A DNA stretch of 63,440 nucleotides, the filler included, from Octopus bimaculoides (taxonomy: Eukaryota): assembly GCF_001194135.2 (NCBI RefSeq). It is 7 parts of 7 records of this genome, joined end to end, with 100 filler letters (N's around TTAATTAATTAA, not from the genome) between each part and the next. Parts side by side here need not be neighbours in the genome. Positions count along the whole stretch, not along the records: positions 10,071 to 24,892 come from NC_068984.1; 6 more parts are not named here. The stretch is one strand, 5' to 3'. Below the pieces are notes generated by a model that saw only the letters and a list, made by a program, of their open reading frames with translations, did not search any database and had not been told where the DNA came from. A program made the translations under genes and the position numbers. Positions 12,130-24,872 of this stretch are shown in pieces (within the stretch, counting starts at the first letter, position 1; each line of letters begins with the position of its first letter).

Positions 12130-13240
12130 TGATTTCTTTTATTTGCTACCAGAGCGAAGGATAAGGGGATAATGCAAAGACAGACATAATGTGTTGGAGT
12201 TTACATTTGATGAAATGATAAAAAATAGGGAGTGGGTATACACGGTATACAATAAAGAAGAAGAGAAGTATAAATAGTATAGGAATATAACAAAACAAGA
12301 AAAAGACGGTACCTTTCATTCAAGGAGTGATGTTGACAGATTATGTGTCAAGAAAGAAAAGAGGGAGAGGACTCAACAGTTGTGAAGGATGTGTGAGAGC
12401 AGAAGAGAACAGCATAGATTGATACATAAAGAATTACTCTGAATGATTGTCGCTAGAAGTAAAAAAAAGTAAAATTGGTTAAAAATTGGAGATTGAGAGG
12501 GAAAGTTTGAATATAAAAAGGAGAAGCAGACTGAAACCGAAAGAAGATTGAAACAAAAAATGAGGATGCACGGGGAAATTTACAGGGACACAAAAACCGA
12601 AATTAATTTGGAGATAAGTTGACCATGGATACGGATAAGTGATTTTGAACCAGAAACAGAAGCTTTAGTTTGTGCTGTACGGGAACACTTGAGGACAAAT
12701 TATGTTAAGCGTAATATGCAACAGAAAAGTGTAGAATGGGAGGAACTGTGTGTCATATATCAACAGCCAGTGCACAAAACTGACACTGAAGGAATATAAG
12801 CGATCCCATGATAACACAGTGAAAATCCGGATTTGAAGGAGCAAGCGACTGGTGTGAATACCAACAAGAAGGCATTGTATGAAATGACCATGCCAAGATT
12901 TGACGGGAATTAATGGAGCAATGAGATCGTGAATTTGAATACTGCAAAACAGATATTATGGTGATTAACAAAGTTAATCCTGAAATGACAATGCTCCACC
13001 ACTGATTGCACTACTAGGCGAAAAGTTTCTGGAAATTATTCATAGGCCCCGGTCCGACAGTCCTCCGGAACAGACTAGCCAATTATTTCTCGTCAACGCC
13101 CAGAGTTTCCCCGAGATGTTCGTCACACATACCTACCACTAACCCTCTAAAGAACACGAGAGTGGAACTTCCAGCGACCGCATTGCCCAACTGGCAGAGG
13201 ACTGTGAGCGCTTGACGACGCTCTAGGTGTCAGGCGCCAA
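12130..13240 (+). mobile_element. Degenerate R4/Dong-like retrotransposon (zinc knuckle/RLE region, C-terminus, probable 3' UTR)
   Basis: Translated fragments WIRISDFEPETEALVCAVRE-LRTNYVK, EYKRSHDN, DWCEYQQEGIV*NDHAKI, DREFEYCKTDIMVINK and IALLG. The 5' and 3' limits are approximate. Confidence 0.75.
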
Positions 13241-13249
13241 ATAATTGCT

Positions 13250-13450
13250 TCAAATTTTGGCACAGACCCAGCAACTTTTGAGAGGACGGGTAAGTTCATT
13301 ACATCGACCCCAGTACTCATTTTATCGATCCCAAAAGAATGAAAGGCAACTTTGACCCCAGCGGCATTTGAACTCAGAACATTAAGTCGGGTGAAAGCCG
13401 CTAACCACTTTGCCTGGCGTGCTAACCATTCTGCCAGTTCACCACCTTGC
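13250..13450 (-). mobile_element. Family-A SINE
   Basis: Reverse complement of family A; more fragments continue to about 13790. Confidence 0.75.
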
Positions 13451-14194
13451 ATATTGATGATTTTTTTTTTTACTTCTTTTCACTAAGGCCTGAAATTTGG
13501 AGGGAAGTTGGGTAAGCCGAGTACATTTACGCCAGTGTTCGAAAAGCAGTTGAATGCAGAATGTTAAGAGCCGCGCGAAAAGTAGCTAAGTACTTCGAAC
13601 GGCGTGTTTACGATTCTGCCAGCACATCGTCTCTAATAAGCCTTTTTACTATAGCTAGGTATAAGGCCCGAAATTTTGCGGGGAGGGGTTAGTCGATTAT
13701 ATCAACCCAAGTACTTAACTGGTACGATCCGAAAACAATGAAAGAGAAAGTCGACCTCGGCGGAATTTGAACTCAAAACGACTTCAGTAGAAATTGAACT
13801 AAATAATACATGTCAAAAATACTTCTATTACCTTTGCCAAATTAACAATACAATGAACGCGGCGACAACAAGAAGTAAAACTAAAATATAATTGGGTGAA
13901 TGGACAATTAACCTTTTGTCTAAGAATCATCTTTCTATTAAAAGTATATTTTACAAAAACTTAACACCAGGTCTGTCTAACACCAGACACCAATTTTAAG
14001 GATTGCCTTAAAATACAACGCAAACATACACAAACAAACACACACATAGATACACAAATGTTCGTATGAATATATAATTATACATACGTACATTCATACA
14101 TTTTCAGCAACGCTAACACCAAGGATATCTATGACAAATCATTAAAACACACACACACACGTACACGTGGCAGCGCGTATGCCTATCGTACAGA

Positions 14195-14228
<34 letters not shown>

Positions 14229-14494
14229 AACATGCGTGTATATGTGCGTGCGTGTGTCTGTATGTGCGTGTTTGCGTATAATTTACATATGTATACATGT
14301 ATATATGTATATATATNNNNNNNNNNNNNNNNNNNNNNNNNNNNNNNNNNNNNNNNNNNNNNNNNNNNNNNNNNNNNNNNNNNNNNNNNNNNNNNNNNNN
14401 NNNNNNNNNNNNNNNNNNNNNNNNNNNNNNNNNNNNNNNNNNNNNNNNNNNNNNNNNNNNNNNNNNNNNNNNNNNNNNNNNNNNNNNNNNNNAT

Positions 14495-14528
<34 letters not shown>

Positions 14529-14628
14529 ATAGACAGACAGATAGACCCATAGATGCATATATAACATACATACCTGCACCGATACATACGTACATACATA
14601 CAAATATACATAATACATACATACATAC

Positions 14629-14659
<31 letters not shown>

Positions 14660-15526
14660 CATACATACATACATACATACATACATACATACATTCATAC
14701 ATATATATATACATACATATATATACATAGATACATATATGTATATACATACATACATATATATTTAAGCAACCACAACACTTACAAACCGTATAGGACG
14801 CACTAGAACCACGAGAACAGGTACACAGTCATGGACGCATGCCATAGAAAATGAAACCTGTTTTCGGTCGAATGGCGTACACGTCATATCATTTTCATTA
14901 GATAGCATGAATAGTAGGCACAGATCGAGGACAGCACATTTCTTAGCCAATAACATTATCAGCAGGGTCATCATCACTATCATCATCATCATAACATGAT
15001 ACAGTTGTTCTTGCTCTTGATGTTGCTTAGACCTAGATCAGCCATAAACCACTCTGACGTACGTTCAAAGACTCTTCAGCCGTGTTCAGCGCGTTTATTA
15101 TTTCCTATGTGCAGATAATCCAGGTTCATATTATCCTATATATCCTCTTCTTTTTTATGTTTCATACAACACACACAATACTTAAGTGCCAAACTCCAAT
15201 TCCTAGCTGTCCCAAATACAGCGGTTTGGTGGGGCATGCTCTACACTTATGTCATTTCCAATTTCTCTGACATATTTCTCGGAATTGGATTCAACATTTT
15301 TTTAGTACTTCTGTATACTCTTTTCTAATGTATACAGTGTATACTGTTTTCAATTAAAAAAAAAAAATTATTTTACTTCTCTAATTAAATTTTTTATTTA
15401 TTTATCATTTCATTATTGTATGTAACCCCCCCCCCCATACACACACACACACACTTTATGTCTGTCTCTGTATTGTCCCCCCTCATCTTTCACCCTCGTG
15501 GCAAATAAATGAACTTATTATTATTA

Positions 15527-15567
<41 letters not shown>

Positions 15568-15650
15568 TTCAGCCGGTAAATTCAGCCGGGATTGACGTTG
15601 CCTTTCATCCTTTCGGGGTCGATAAATAAAGTACCAATGCGTACTGGGTT

Positions 15651-16265
15651 AATTTTCCCCTTACTATTTCTGAACTGATAGTCTGCCTTTGCCTTCCTTA
15701 CCGCTAAACTGAGGGGGATCAAACATAAGACAAATATTATAGGGGTAACGAGTCCACTTGGAAAATTCCTCTCTTGATATTGACTTGCCCTAACACTGTG
15801 TCACCTGAGTATAGATCTACTTTCTATTTCTTCATATTAAAGCTAATTAATTCCCTTATGTTGTCTGCTATACTGAATATACTCAAACAGTCATTTATTT
15901 TTGAGTGTGGGATCATATAATAGGCTTTCTTATAATCAATCTATGCAATTCTTAGATTTTTCTAGATTTTACTTCATTTAGAACTGCTTTGTGTATGTAT
16001 AACTGATCATGCGTTCTTCTAGCCGTCTTCCTGCAACCTTTCTCTTCCCCTGGAAATAAATTCTGGTTGTCAAGGTGCTCGTAAATGCTTTCTGGAAGCA
16101 TTCCTGTTAACAGTAGTAGATCAAGCAAGTGATTGGTCTATAATTGCTAGCTGTATTACCCTTGCTTTTATCTTTCATAATGAGTATTGTCCTCCCTCTA
16201 GTCATCCAGTCTGGTATTATTCCTCCATTAAGGCAATTCCGAGGTTGTTCCCTCAACCTCCCATG
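15651..16265 (-). mobile_element. R4/Dong-like reverse transcriptase remnant
   Basis: IPDWMTRGRTILIMKDKSKGNTASNYRPITCL...EEKGCRK...DQLYIHKAVLNEVK...IDYKKAYYMIPHS...IKRGIFQVDSL...IFVLCLIPLS, with frameshifts. Confidence 0.9.
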
Positions 16266-16289
16266 TAATGATAATAATTCATTCTGATT

Positions 16290-17150
16290 ATCATTATTTT
16301 TTTACTTTTAATCCGCATGTTTCTTACAATCAGTTGCCGAGACACACTCAGCGTTTGAGGCGACTGAAGGATAAGAGATGTCACAATTTGAACGAAAGCT
16401 TGTGGAGGGAAAGTGGCAAGGGCAGTAGCAAATTATTTTTATGTCATACAACACAGACATTTAAATGGATAGGCTTTTTCTAAGGATGTAGACAGTACTT
16501 GTCAGTACAATCTTTTGGATTTCTCTGAGACATGTTTCTCCTGGGATATTATCTAGATGTTTCTGACATCCCTTTTTTATCATGCCTAGGGCACCTACAA
16601 TAACAGGAACAGTTCTCGCTTTAAAATGCCACATCTTTTGTATTTCAATTTCCAGGTCCTTATATTTACTTCATTTCTCAAATTCTTTGACAGATACATT
16701 TCATTTTTATCAGTAGGAACACTTACATCTGTTAGGCTACAAGTGTTTTCTTCCTTGTCTTTAATAATTATGTCTAGTCGATTAGCCTGTATCGTTCTAT
16801 CAGTGTTGACTGGAAATTCCCAGAGGATAGTGACATTTTTATCTTCAACGATTAGCTCGGGGTATGTTCATATCAGTAAGAAAAGGTGCTGACTTTGTAG
16901 CGTTTACATATTTTCCTATGTTAACACAGTCGAACCCTATCGTGCGATTTTTGTATTCGTTTGGTGTTAGCACAGGACATCCAGAGATGGGATAGTTTAT
17001 TGTTTCATCAAATGTGTCGCAGAATCTGCATTTAGGGTCAGAACCGTTTTGAAGAACGCTAGCCTGGTAGTTTTTGTGAGCAAGCGCTGATCTTGTGGCG
17101 CCAGTATGAAACCTTCGGTCTCTACTTACAGTCCTGAACTTCTCAGCCAC
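16290..17150 (-). mobile_element. R4/Dong-like CCHC + RLE domain, stop at 16461, then 3' UTR
   Basis: KNYQASVLQNGSDPKCRFCDTFDETINYPISGCPVLTPNEYKNR...LWEFPVNTDRTIQANRLDIIIKDKE...YKDLEIEIQKMWHFKARTVPVIVGALG...EIQKIVLTSTVYILRKSLSI*. Confidence 0.9.
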
Positions 17151-17214
17151 TAATGGGATGCTGTTTGGTCTATATCAGCATTTCAGCTTCGAAGTATAAA
17201 CTGTCCATGCAGAG

Positions 17215-17435
17215 GCTTCTGGCTCCACCGCTTCTCAATTTGCTTCTGCTCGTCCGTCATTACGTTTTGAGTTCAAATTCCGCCAATGTCGACTTAGCCT
17301 TTCATCATTTCGGAATCGATAAAATAAGTACCAGCCGAGCACTGGGGTCGATGTAATCGACTTGTCCCCTCCCTCGAATTACTGGCCTTGTACAAAAATT
17401 TGAAACCAGTCTTCTTCTTCTTCTTCTTCTTCTTC

Positions 17436-17487
<52 letters not shown>

Positions 17488-17670
17488 TCAATCGTTAGCG
17501 CATCGGACAAAATGCAGCATTTCGTCCGATATGATGTTTTCAGATTCAAATTCCCACGCATTCTACTTTGCCTTTCATCCTTTCGGGATTCATAAGTAAG
17601 TACCAGCGGAACACTGTGATCGATTTAGCCCAGCCCTTAATTGCTGGCCTTCTGCCAAAATTTGGAACCA
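17215..17670 (+). mobile_element. Two family-A SINE copies separated by (TTC)n(TTA)n
   Basis: GAGTTCAAATTCC B-box and GCCTTTCATCC...TAAGTACCAG core in both. Confidence 0.75.
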
Positions 17671-18285
17671 TTATTATCATCATTAACATCATCATCAACT
17701 TCACCATCTTCATTATCATAATCATGATCATAATAGCTACAATGCAATGAGATCGTGACCAAGAGCTCATGTTTGCGAACTGAAACTTTTGTCCATATTT
17801 AAGCTACGAAGGTGGAATTCCTGGTTGGAAATTATAATTTTACTCACTCAAAGTATTATTGTTTTCTACACGCACACACGCACACACACACATACATACA
17901 CACACACATACGCACACACACACACGTACACTTTTGGCAGTTCGGTAAAGAAGACCAATGGAATAAGTACCAGGCTTCACAAAAAAATAAGTATTGTGGT
18001 TGATTCTTTCGACTAAAACTCTTGAAGGCGGTGATCAGCATGGCCGCAGTCTAATGGCTGAAACAAGTAACAACAATAAAATATTATAGATGTATATATA
18101 TATATAATATACGCATACATACACACATATATATACATGTATGTATAAGATATGTATGCATGCATGCATGCATCTGTGTATGTATGTGCGTATGTATGCA
18201 TGCATCTACGTATGTATGTATGTGTACATTCACACGCACACACACACACATATATTCACACATGAAACACCTTAATAATTGTATC

Positions 18286-18591
18286 TTAGTTTAAGAGAAT
18301 CACTGTTCCACTGAAATATTTTATGCACAATACAGCGTGAATCAGAAGGACTGAAGTAAATATGAGAAAGCCGAACAGTGAGAGAATGTGTAAGGATGTA
18401 AACACATTAATTCTGTGCTCTTTACTTGTGGAAATAAAGAAGTCTTCCGCAAACGAGTATGACTTGGTTGTATGGTACATGTTACCAAGTGATAATCGTT
18501 TGCGAGCAACGGTTGTAGTTTCTGATATTGTCAACAGAAAAGAAAGAAAGAAGGGCAAAAGGCTTCCATGTCTAAGTGAAAAGGTCGTCAT
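18286..18591 (-). CDS. Candidate 101-aa single-pass membrane protein (signal-peptide-like N-terminus and one hydrophobic helix)
   Basis: Non-repetitive ORF: MTTFSLRHGSLLPFFLSFLLTISET...RKR...VFTSLHILSLFGFLIFTSVLLIHAVLCIKYF. No homology recognised. Confidence 0.35.
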   Translation of the reverse strand: MTTFSLRHGSLLPFFLSFLLTISETTTVARKRLSLGNMYHTTKSYSFAEDFFISTSKEHRINVFTSLHILSLFGFLIFTSVLLIHAVLCIKYFSGTVILLN

Positions 18592-19199
18592 GACTTTTCA
18601 TTAACTCAACTTAATAATAAATTAAACCGCTAGTAAACTCTGGTGTCAAATAATTTGATTAAACTATATCCCCTTACAAAAAAGAAATTAGCCTTGTACC
18701 TGAATAAGAAATCAATTTTATATTTTCAAATCTTTATCAAGTACTTAACTGTTTATCAAAGACTTAAGGGAAGGCTAGAACAGATTAAAACGAGAAGAAA
18801 TAAGAAAGAAAATAACATAGATATTATATAGACCCGCTAAAAAAATAAACAAACATTCGTAAATCAACAAATAAATGCAGACAACAATTCATGATTAATA
18901 TCTTAATCGTTACTTATCAGCAAAAATACGACTTAATACTTAATACCATGAAATCTAATTACGTAACGCGACTGGATTGGGGATAAAGGGTTGTTTGTTT
19001 TTGTCGCCGGATTTTATTTTGCTTGTTGTTACGTTTTCCTTGGAGTCAGCGATGTAATCTGACTTAAATCTACAAAACAAAATTCACTGACCGATTTATG
19101 ACCAATAAAAAGTAGTTTCATGCTGAATCACAACTTCTGTATCCGTAATAATAGTTTCCGATATAGGCAACCGATCATAAATTTCAAGTGAAAAGAAGC

Positions 19200-19790
19200 G
19201 AGTCGATAATGTCGAACTCAGTACCTGACGCATATTTATTTTATTAACGCAAAAAAAAAGGACTGAGATTTGAACTCAGGACGTAAAATGCCAAAATGTA
19301 GCAAAGCATATAATCGACGCTCTAACGATCCAATCCACTCCCCTAATAATGGTTTCAAATTTTGACACAAGGCCAGCAGTTTCGAACAGGAGATAAGTCG
19401 ATTACATCGAGCCCAGTGCATGTCTGGTACCCAATTTATCAAATCCGAAAGGATGAAAGGCAAAGACGACCTCGGCAGAGTTTGAACTCAGAACGTAAAG
19501 ACAGGCGAAATACCACTATATATTTTCTCTTAGCTCGCTGCCTTTTCCCACTGTCCTAATAATGATTATTCTTTCTAAGGCGGTGAGCTGGCAGAAACGT
19601 TAGCACGCCGGCCGAAATGCTTAGCGGTATTTCGTCTGCCTTTACGTTGTGAGTTCAAATTCCGCCGAGGTCGACTTTGCCTTTCATCCTTTCGGGGTCG
19701 ATAAATTAAGTACCAGTTGCGTACTGGGGTCGATCTAATTGACTGGCCTCCTTCTCCGAAATTTCGGGCTTTGTGCCTAGAGTAGAAAAG
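19200..19790. mobile_element. Cluster of family-A SINEs: two minus-strand copies, then a young plus-strand copy at 19577-19790
   Basis: The 19577 copy keeps its CpGs and is close to the apparent consensus. Confidence 0.8.
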
Positions 19791-21487
19791 AATAATTATT
19801 ATTTCTGCTATGTGTAAAGCCAACTGTGTCAGGAGAAGAGATGTTAGTTGATTACATTGACTCCTGACTCTTTACATTCAAATCCTGCCGAGGTCAACAT
19901 TGCTTTTCATCCATTCGGGTTTAATAAAATAGTATCAGTTAAGTACTGAAATAACTGACACCTCGGAACAGACTGCTCATGAAATTAATGTACAAGTGAT
20001 TGAGTATTAAACATACATACATATCCTTGACGTAGTTTTCAGGGGGATTTAACGTAACACAGAATGTGACAAGGATGGCCCCTTGAAATACAGGTAGTGC
20101 TTATTTTTGTCAACTGAGTGAAATAAAGTGTCAAAAACACAACACGCCCGCAGCTATCGAACTCACAACCTTACAAACTTGAACTAAATATACTAACGAA
20201 CTCTCACTATTGGGATTGTTGTCCTGGGATAGATGCAAGCAATTTACCCTTCCTCTAAAATACCTGGCCTTGTGTAAAGATTTGAAATTCATTATTATTA
20301 TTGTTAAAGAAGCATCTTTTTATTGTTGTTGGATCAGTAGAGTTGTTAAACCTTGTGATATTTCTTCTGGCCTTTCGGTGTTAACTTTACTTTCTATCTT
20401 ATTTAGGGCCGGTAAAATGAAATATCAGTCAAATACTAGAGTTGATAGCAACGACTTAACCACAGCTCCTTATATTTCTGGTCTTGTGCTTATGATAGAA
20501 ACGATCGTTGTTGTCTTCGTTTATCCCCAGTTCAACACTGATAAAAGAGATATATAATCAGAAGCTTTCCAGCGTAGACCATCCTGTCTGATATTCAAAC
20601 AGTGTACTATCTAGGAGAACAACAACAACCACTGTGTCCTTTCTTTTCATCAGTTGCTATTTTTAGCAGGCCGAGCAACCAGGTATAGGATTTCTAGTAA
20701 GCTCGTTCATTAACAGCCATGTTTCTTGGCGTTATGTCTAGTCAAATGAAATTTATATTCTACTTCCTTTTCTTTCAATTTTAAAGGACCGGATTTACTT
20801 TTGACGCCTATCTGTCCATCTAACACTATTGCAGATAGAAATAACAAAGCAAATTATAATCTCTGTCTAATCAACTCTGACTGTAACACAAAGCTTCTAA
20901 TAGCTATGTGTCGTGTGGCTCGGTGGCTATTTTTTCTTTTTTTTTCTTCTAAAATAAGTAATTGAATAACCAAATTATAATATTTAATTATTTAGTAAGT
21001 AAATAGCCTTGAATTATGTGAATCATAAAAAAAAAAAATACATGATTAAATACTCGTGGAATATAAACATATATATATAGATAGATACATGAGGGTAATA
21101 TCTAGCTATGTAGCCACNNNNNNNNNNNNNNNNNNNNNNNNNNNNNNNNNNNNNNNNNNNNNNNNNNNNNNNNNNNNNNNNNNNNNNNNNNNNNNNNNNN
21201 NNNNNNNNNNNNNNNNNNNNNNNNNNNNNNNNNNNNNNNNNNNNNNNNNNNNNNNNNNNNNNNNNNNNNNNNNNNNNNNNNNNNNNNNNNNNNNNNNNNN
21301 NNNNNNNNNNNNNNNNNNNNNNNNNNNNNNNNNNNNNNNNNNNNNNNNNNNNNNNNNNNNNNNNNNNNNNNNNNNNNNNNNNNNNNNNNNNNNNNNNNNN
21401 NNNNNNNNNNNNNNNNNNNNNNNNNNNNNNNNNNNNNNNNNNNNNNNNNNNNNNNNNNNNNNNNNNNNNNNNNNNNNNNNNNNNNAT

Positions 21488-21695
21488 ACTGATTTCAAAT
21501 TTTGGTACAAGGCCAGCAGTTTCGAAGAAGTATGACGAGTACATCGACTCCAGTGCTCAACTGGTACTTATTTTATCGACCCCGAAAGGATGAAAGACAA
21601 GTTCGATCTCGGTGGAATTTGAATTCATAACGTAAAGACGGACGAAATGCCGATAAGCATTTCGCCCGGCGTGCTAACGTTTCTGCCACCTCGCC
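21488..21695 (-). mobile_element. Family-A SINE
   Basis: Reverse complement of family A, CpGs retained. Confidence 0.8.
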
Positions 21696-22144
21696 ATCTT
21701 ATTCAGATATGTAATGATAGACCTTACGCACGCAGACCTCACGCACACAGCACATTCACTCAAACATGTATGTATGTATGTATGTATGTATGTATGTATG
21801 TATGTATGCATATATGTATGCATGCATGTATGCATGTATGTATGTATGTATGTATGTACGCATCTATGTATGTATGTATGTATGTATGTATGTATGTATG
21901 CATGTATGTATGTATAGGAGTTGAATGGCTGAATCGCTAAACAGTTGTCTTCCCAATTTCGAGTAGCCGGTTTCGCTCCAACTGCGTAGTATCGTAGACA
22001 AATATAATTGTCTTTAATCTCGGATCAACCCATACAGTATAACTCAAATTATTTAGACTGAAACAAAAACTGTACAAAAATCCACCGGATGGATTGAACC
22101 TATATCTCAAAATATACAGCTTTGTCACCCACCGTATCGTACTC

Positions 22145-23390
22145 ATTCCACCTGAGAATTACATTAAAGGTGAAGATACCAGAGAAGAGAACAAAGCAGA
22201 TGCTAAAATCTGTGTATCTGTGTCTCTGATCTCACGCAACAGCAAAGCCAAAGAATGAATTGTCAGAAGGAATCTGATCACGTTCCTACATGAAAAATAC
22301 TTGCACTTTGACACCCAGTACGGCTGCCATTCAAGAAAGAACTGCCTTCAGCTGCATTCCCCATTAAGACAGGGTACTGAAACAAAGGTCATTCATTTAA
22401 ATGTAGATGTGATACACCTCGAGTTTGCAAATTCCGTCGGAATAATGTGACACGAACTGCGCGACACGGTATGGTGGGAAACTAAGAGACTGGATATATT
22501 ACTGTATACTAAAGGAGATATCGATTGGTAACAGACTCCCTTAGGAATGCCTACTGGGATCACTACTGATTATGGTGGTTCTTTAATACATGTCCTTAGT
22601 CATACAGTCAGTCACATTCACCGGACACACTGATAGTACAAAGACACCTTATGATAGCGCATAACTACAGAAAGACTTGAATGCAATATACTGGTAGGCT
22701 GAAGAAAACAACACGTAGTTCAATACTGAAGGGTTTTATGTGCATCGCTATCAGCCCACAAGCAGAATGCAATCAGAATGCATAAGACAAATGGGTACTG
22801 CAATTGCGGAATCACAATCAGTGCATCATCTGGGAATCCACACCAGTAATGATCCATTCTTCCGCGTGCATATCCCTAAGAAGGTAACAATGTGCTAGTG
22901 ACTAGCTGGTAGTATTCAGAACAAGGTAAAGCAGGAAACAATGTGGTTTCTGTAGAGAATATTCCTTTCAAGTCGACTGGACTACTACTCTCAATTATGG
23001 TCAACGCATAGCGTCAAGCTAAGAGCGATGTTCGATATAATTTCACACTAAAGAAGATTGCATCAGTGGAACAGATGTTGGAATTGACTAATAGAATGAA
23101 GATGCAAAAGATATGCTGTTATATATATATATATATATATATCATTGCAAACCTTGGAGAGTTTAGCGCCTAACATTCGGTTTGAAAGTTATATCAACCT
23201 CAAACTGCACGCCACTGCATAGTGCCAAAGGTCCTAAGCTCTCTAGAGTGAAGACCCAATACTGTATCAGCATAGTTTTCAAGGGACCACAGCTTCTCAA
23301 TGCTTCGCCAATAAAAGCCTCAGATATTTACAAGGATGTGTTAAAAAAATATGCAATTAAGGGCGGTGTTCTCCAACTTATTGCTTCAAT
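22145..23390 (+). mobile_element. Degenerate CR1-like LINE reverse transcriptase
   Basis: Fragments IVRRNLITFL, VDVIHLEFAN (VDVIYLDFAK-like) and YCISIVFKGPQLLNASP; homologous to the 44355-44700 copy. Confidence 0.75.
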
Positions 23391-23635
23391 ATAACAAGAT
23401 ACTCACGTAGGGCGGTGGAAGTGATTAATTTTTACATATTTTTAAAAATTGATTTTTATTTCACATGAAGTTGCTTATTTAGCTCATGTTATTGTTGCAG
23501 TTGTCAGTCCGTAAGGAGTTTGCAATGACGGGTTGGTAATAACTGGTTGCATTGCTTTTGGTGTTGATGCTGGTTGTTTTATAGATGATTGCTGCGGAGA
23601 TGAGGGTTGACATTCACACACACACACACGCACGC

Positions 23636-23676
<41 letters not shown>

Positions 23677-24835
23677 AGCACACACACATACATGCACATA
23701 TACACTCACACAAACACGCACATACACAGCTATGTATATATATATNNNNNNNNNNNNNNNNNNNNNNNNNNNNNNNNNNNNNNNNNNNNNNNNNNNNNNN
23801 NNNNNNNNNNNNNNNNNNNNNNNNNNNNNNNNNNNNNNNNNNNNNNNNNNNNNNNNNNNNNNNNNNNNNNNNNNNNNNNNNNNNNNNNNNNNNNNNNNNN
23901 NNNNNNNNNNNNNNNNNNNNNNNNNNNNNNNNNNNNNNNNNNNNNNNNNNNNNNNNNNNNNNNNNNNNNNNNNNNNNNNNNNNNNNNNNNNNNNNNNNNN
24001 NNNNNNNNNNNNNNNNNNNNNNNNNNNNNNNNNNNNNNNNNNNNNNNNNNNNNNNNNNNNNNNNNNNNNNNNNNNNNNNNNNNNNNNNNNNNNNNNNNNN
24101 NNNNNNNNNNNNNNNNNNNNNNNNNNNNNNNNNNNNNNNNNNNNNNNNNNNNNNNNNNNNNNNNNNNNNNNNNNNNNNNNNNNNNNNNNNNNNNNNNNNN
24201 NNNNNNNNNNNNNNNNNNNNNNNNNNNNNNNNNNNNNNNNNNNNNNNNNNNNNNNNNNNNNNNNNNNNNNNNNNNNNNNNNNNNNNNNNNNNNNNNNNNN
24301 NNNNNNNNNNNNNNNNNNNNNNNNNNNNNNNNNNNNNNNNNNNNNNNNNNNNNNNNNNNNNNNNNNNNNNNNNNNNNNNNNNNNNNNNNNNNNNNNNNNN
24401 NNNNNNNNNNNNNNNNNNNNTTTTGTAAGTCAAGTGGACTAGAGCAAAGGGCCAGGGTACGTGTGTTAGAGGAGTACTCAGTCATTTGCACGTTATTTTC
24501 GCGAGCTGGTTCTTCAGCAGATCGAATCACCTGAAACACTCGTTGTTATAATCGACAGAAAACCTGTCTCTCTACATATGTATATATATATATGTATGTA
24601 TATTGTCGGCGAGCGCGTATGAATTGGTGTAAGTATCGTCCATAGGATATAACATTAGCACTGCATTACAGAACGTTGAGTACTAGAAACCTTTAAAAAT
24701 TTTCAGCACACCATAAGTCCAAACGTAGAACGCACCGAAAAACACATCATATCCCAGTCACGACAATTACACGGAAAAGCACACATAAAAAGACACTTAC
24801 TTAGCCATGCAATGCACACACACACAAACGCACGC

Positions 24836-24872
<37 letters not shown>

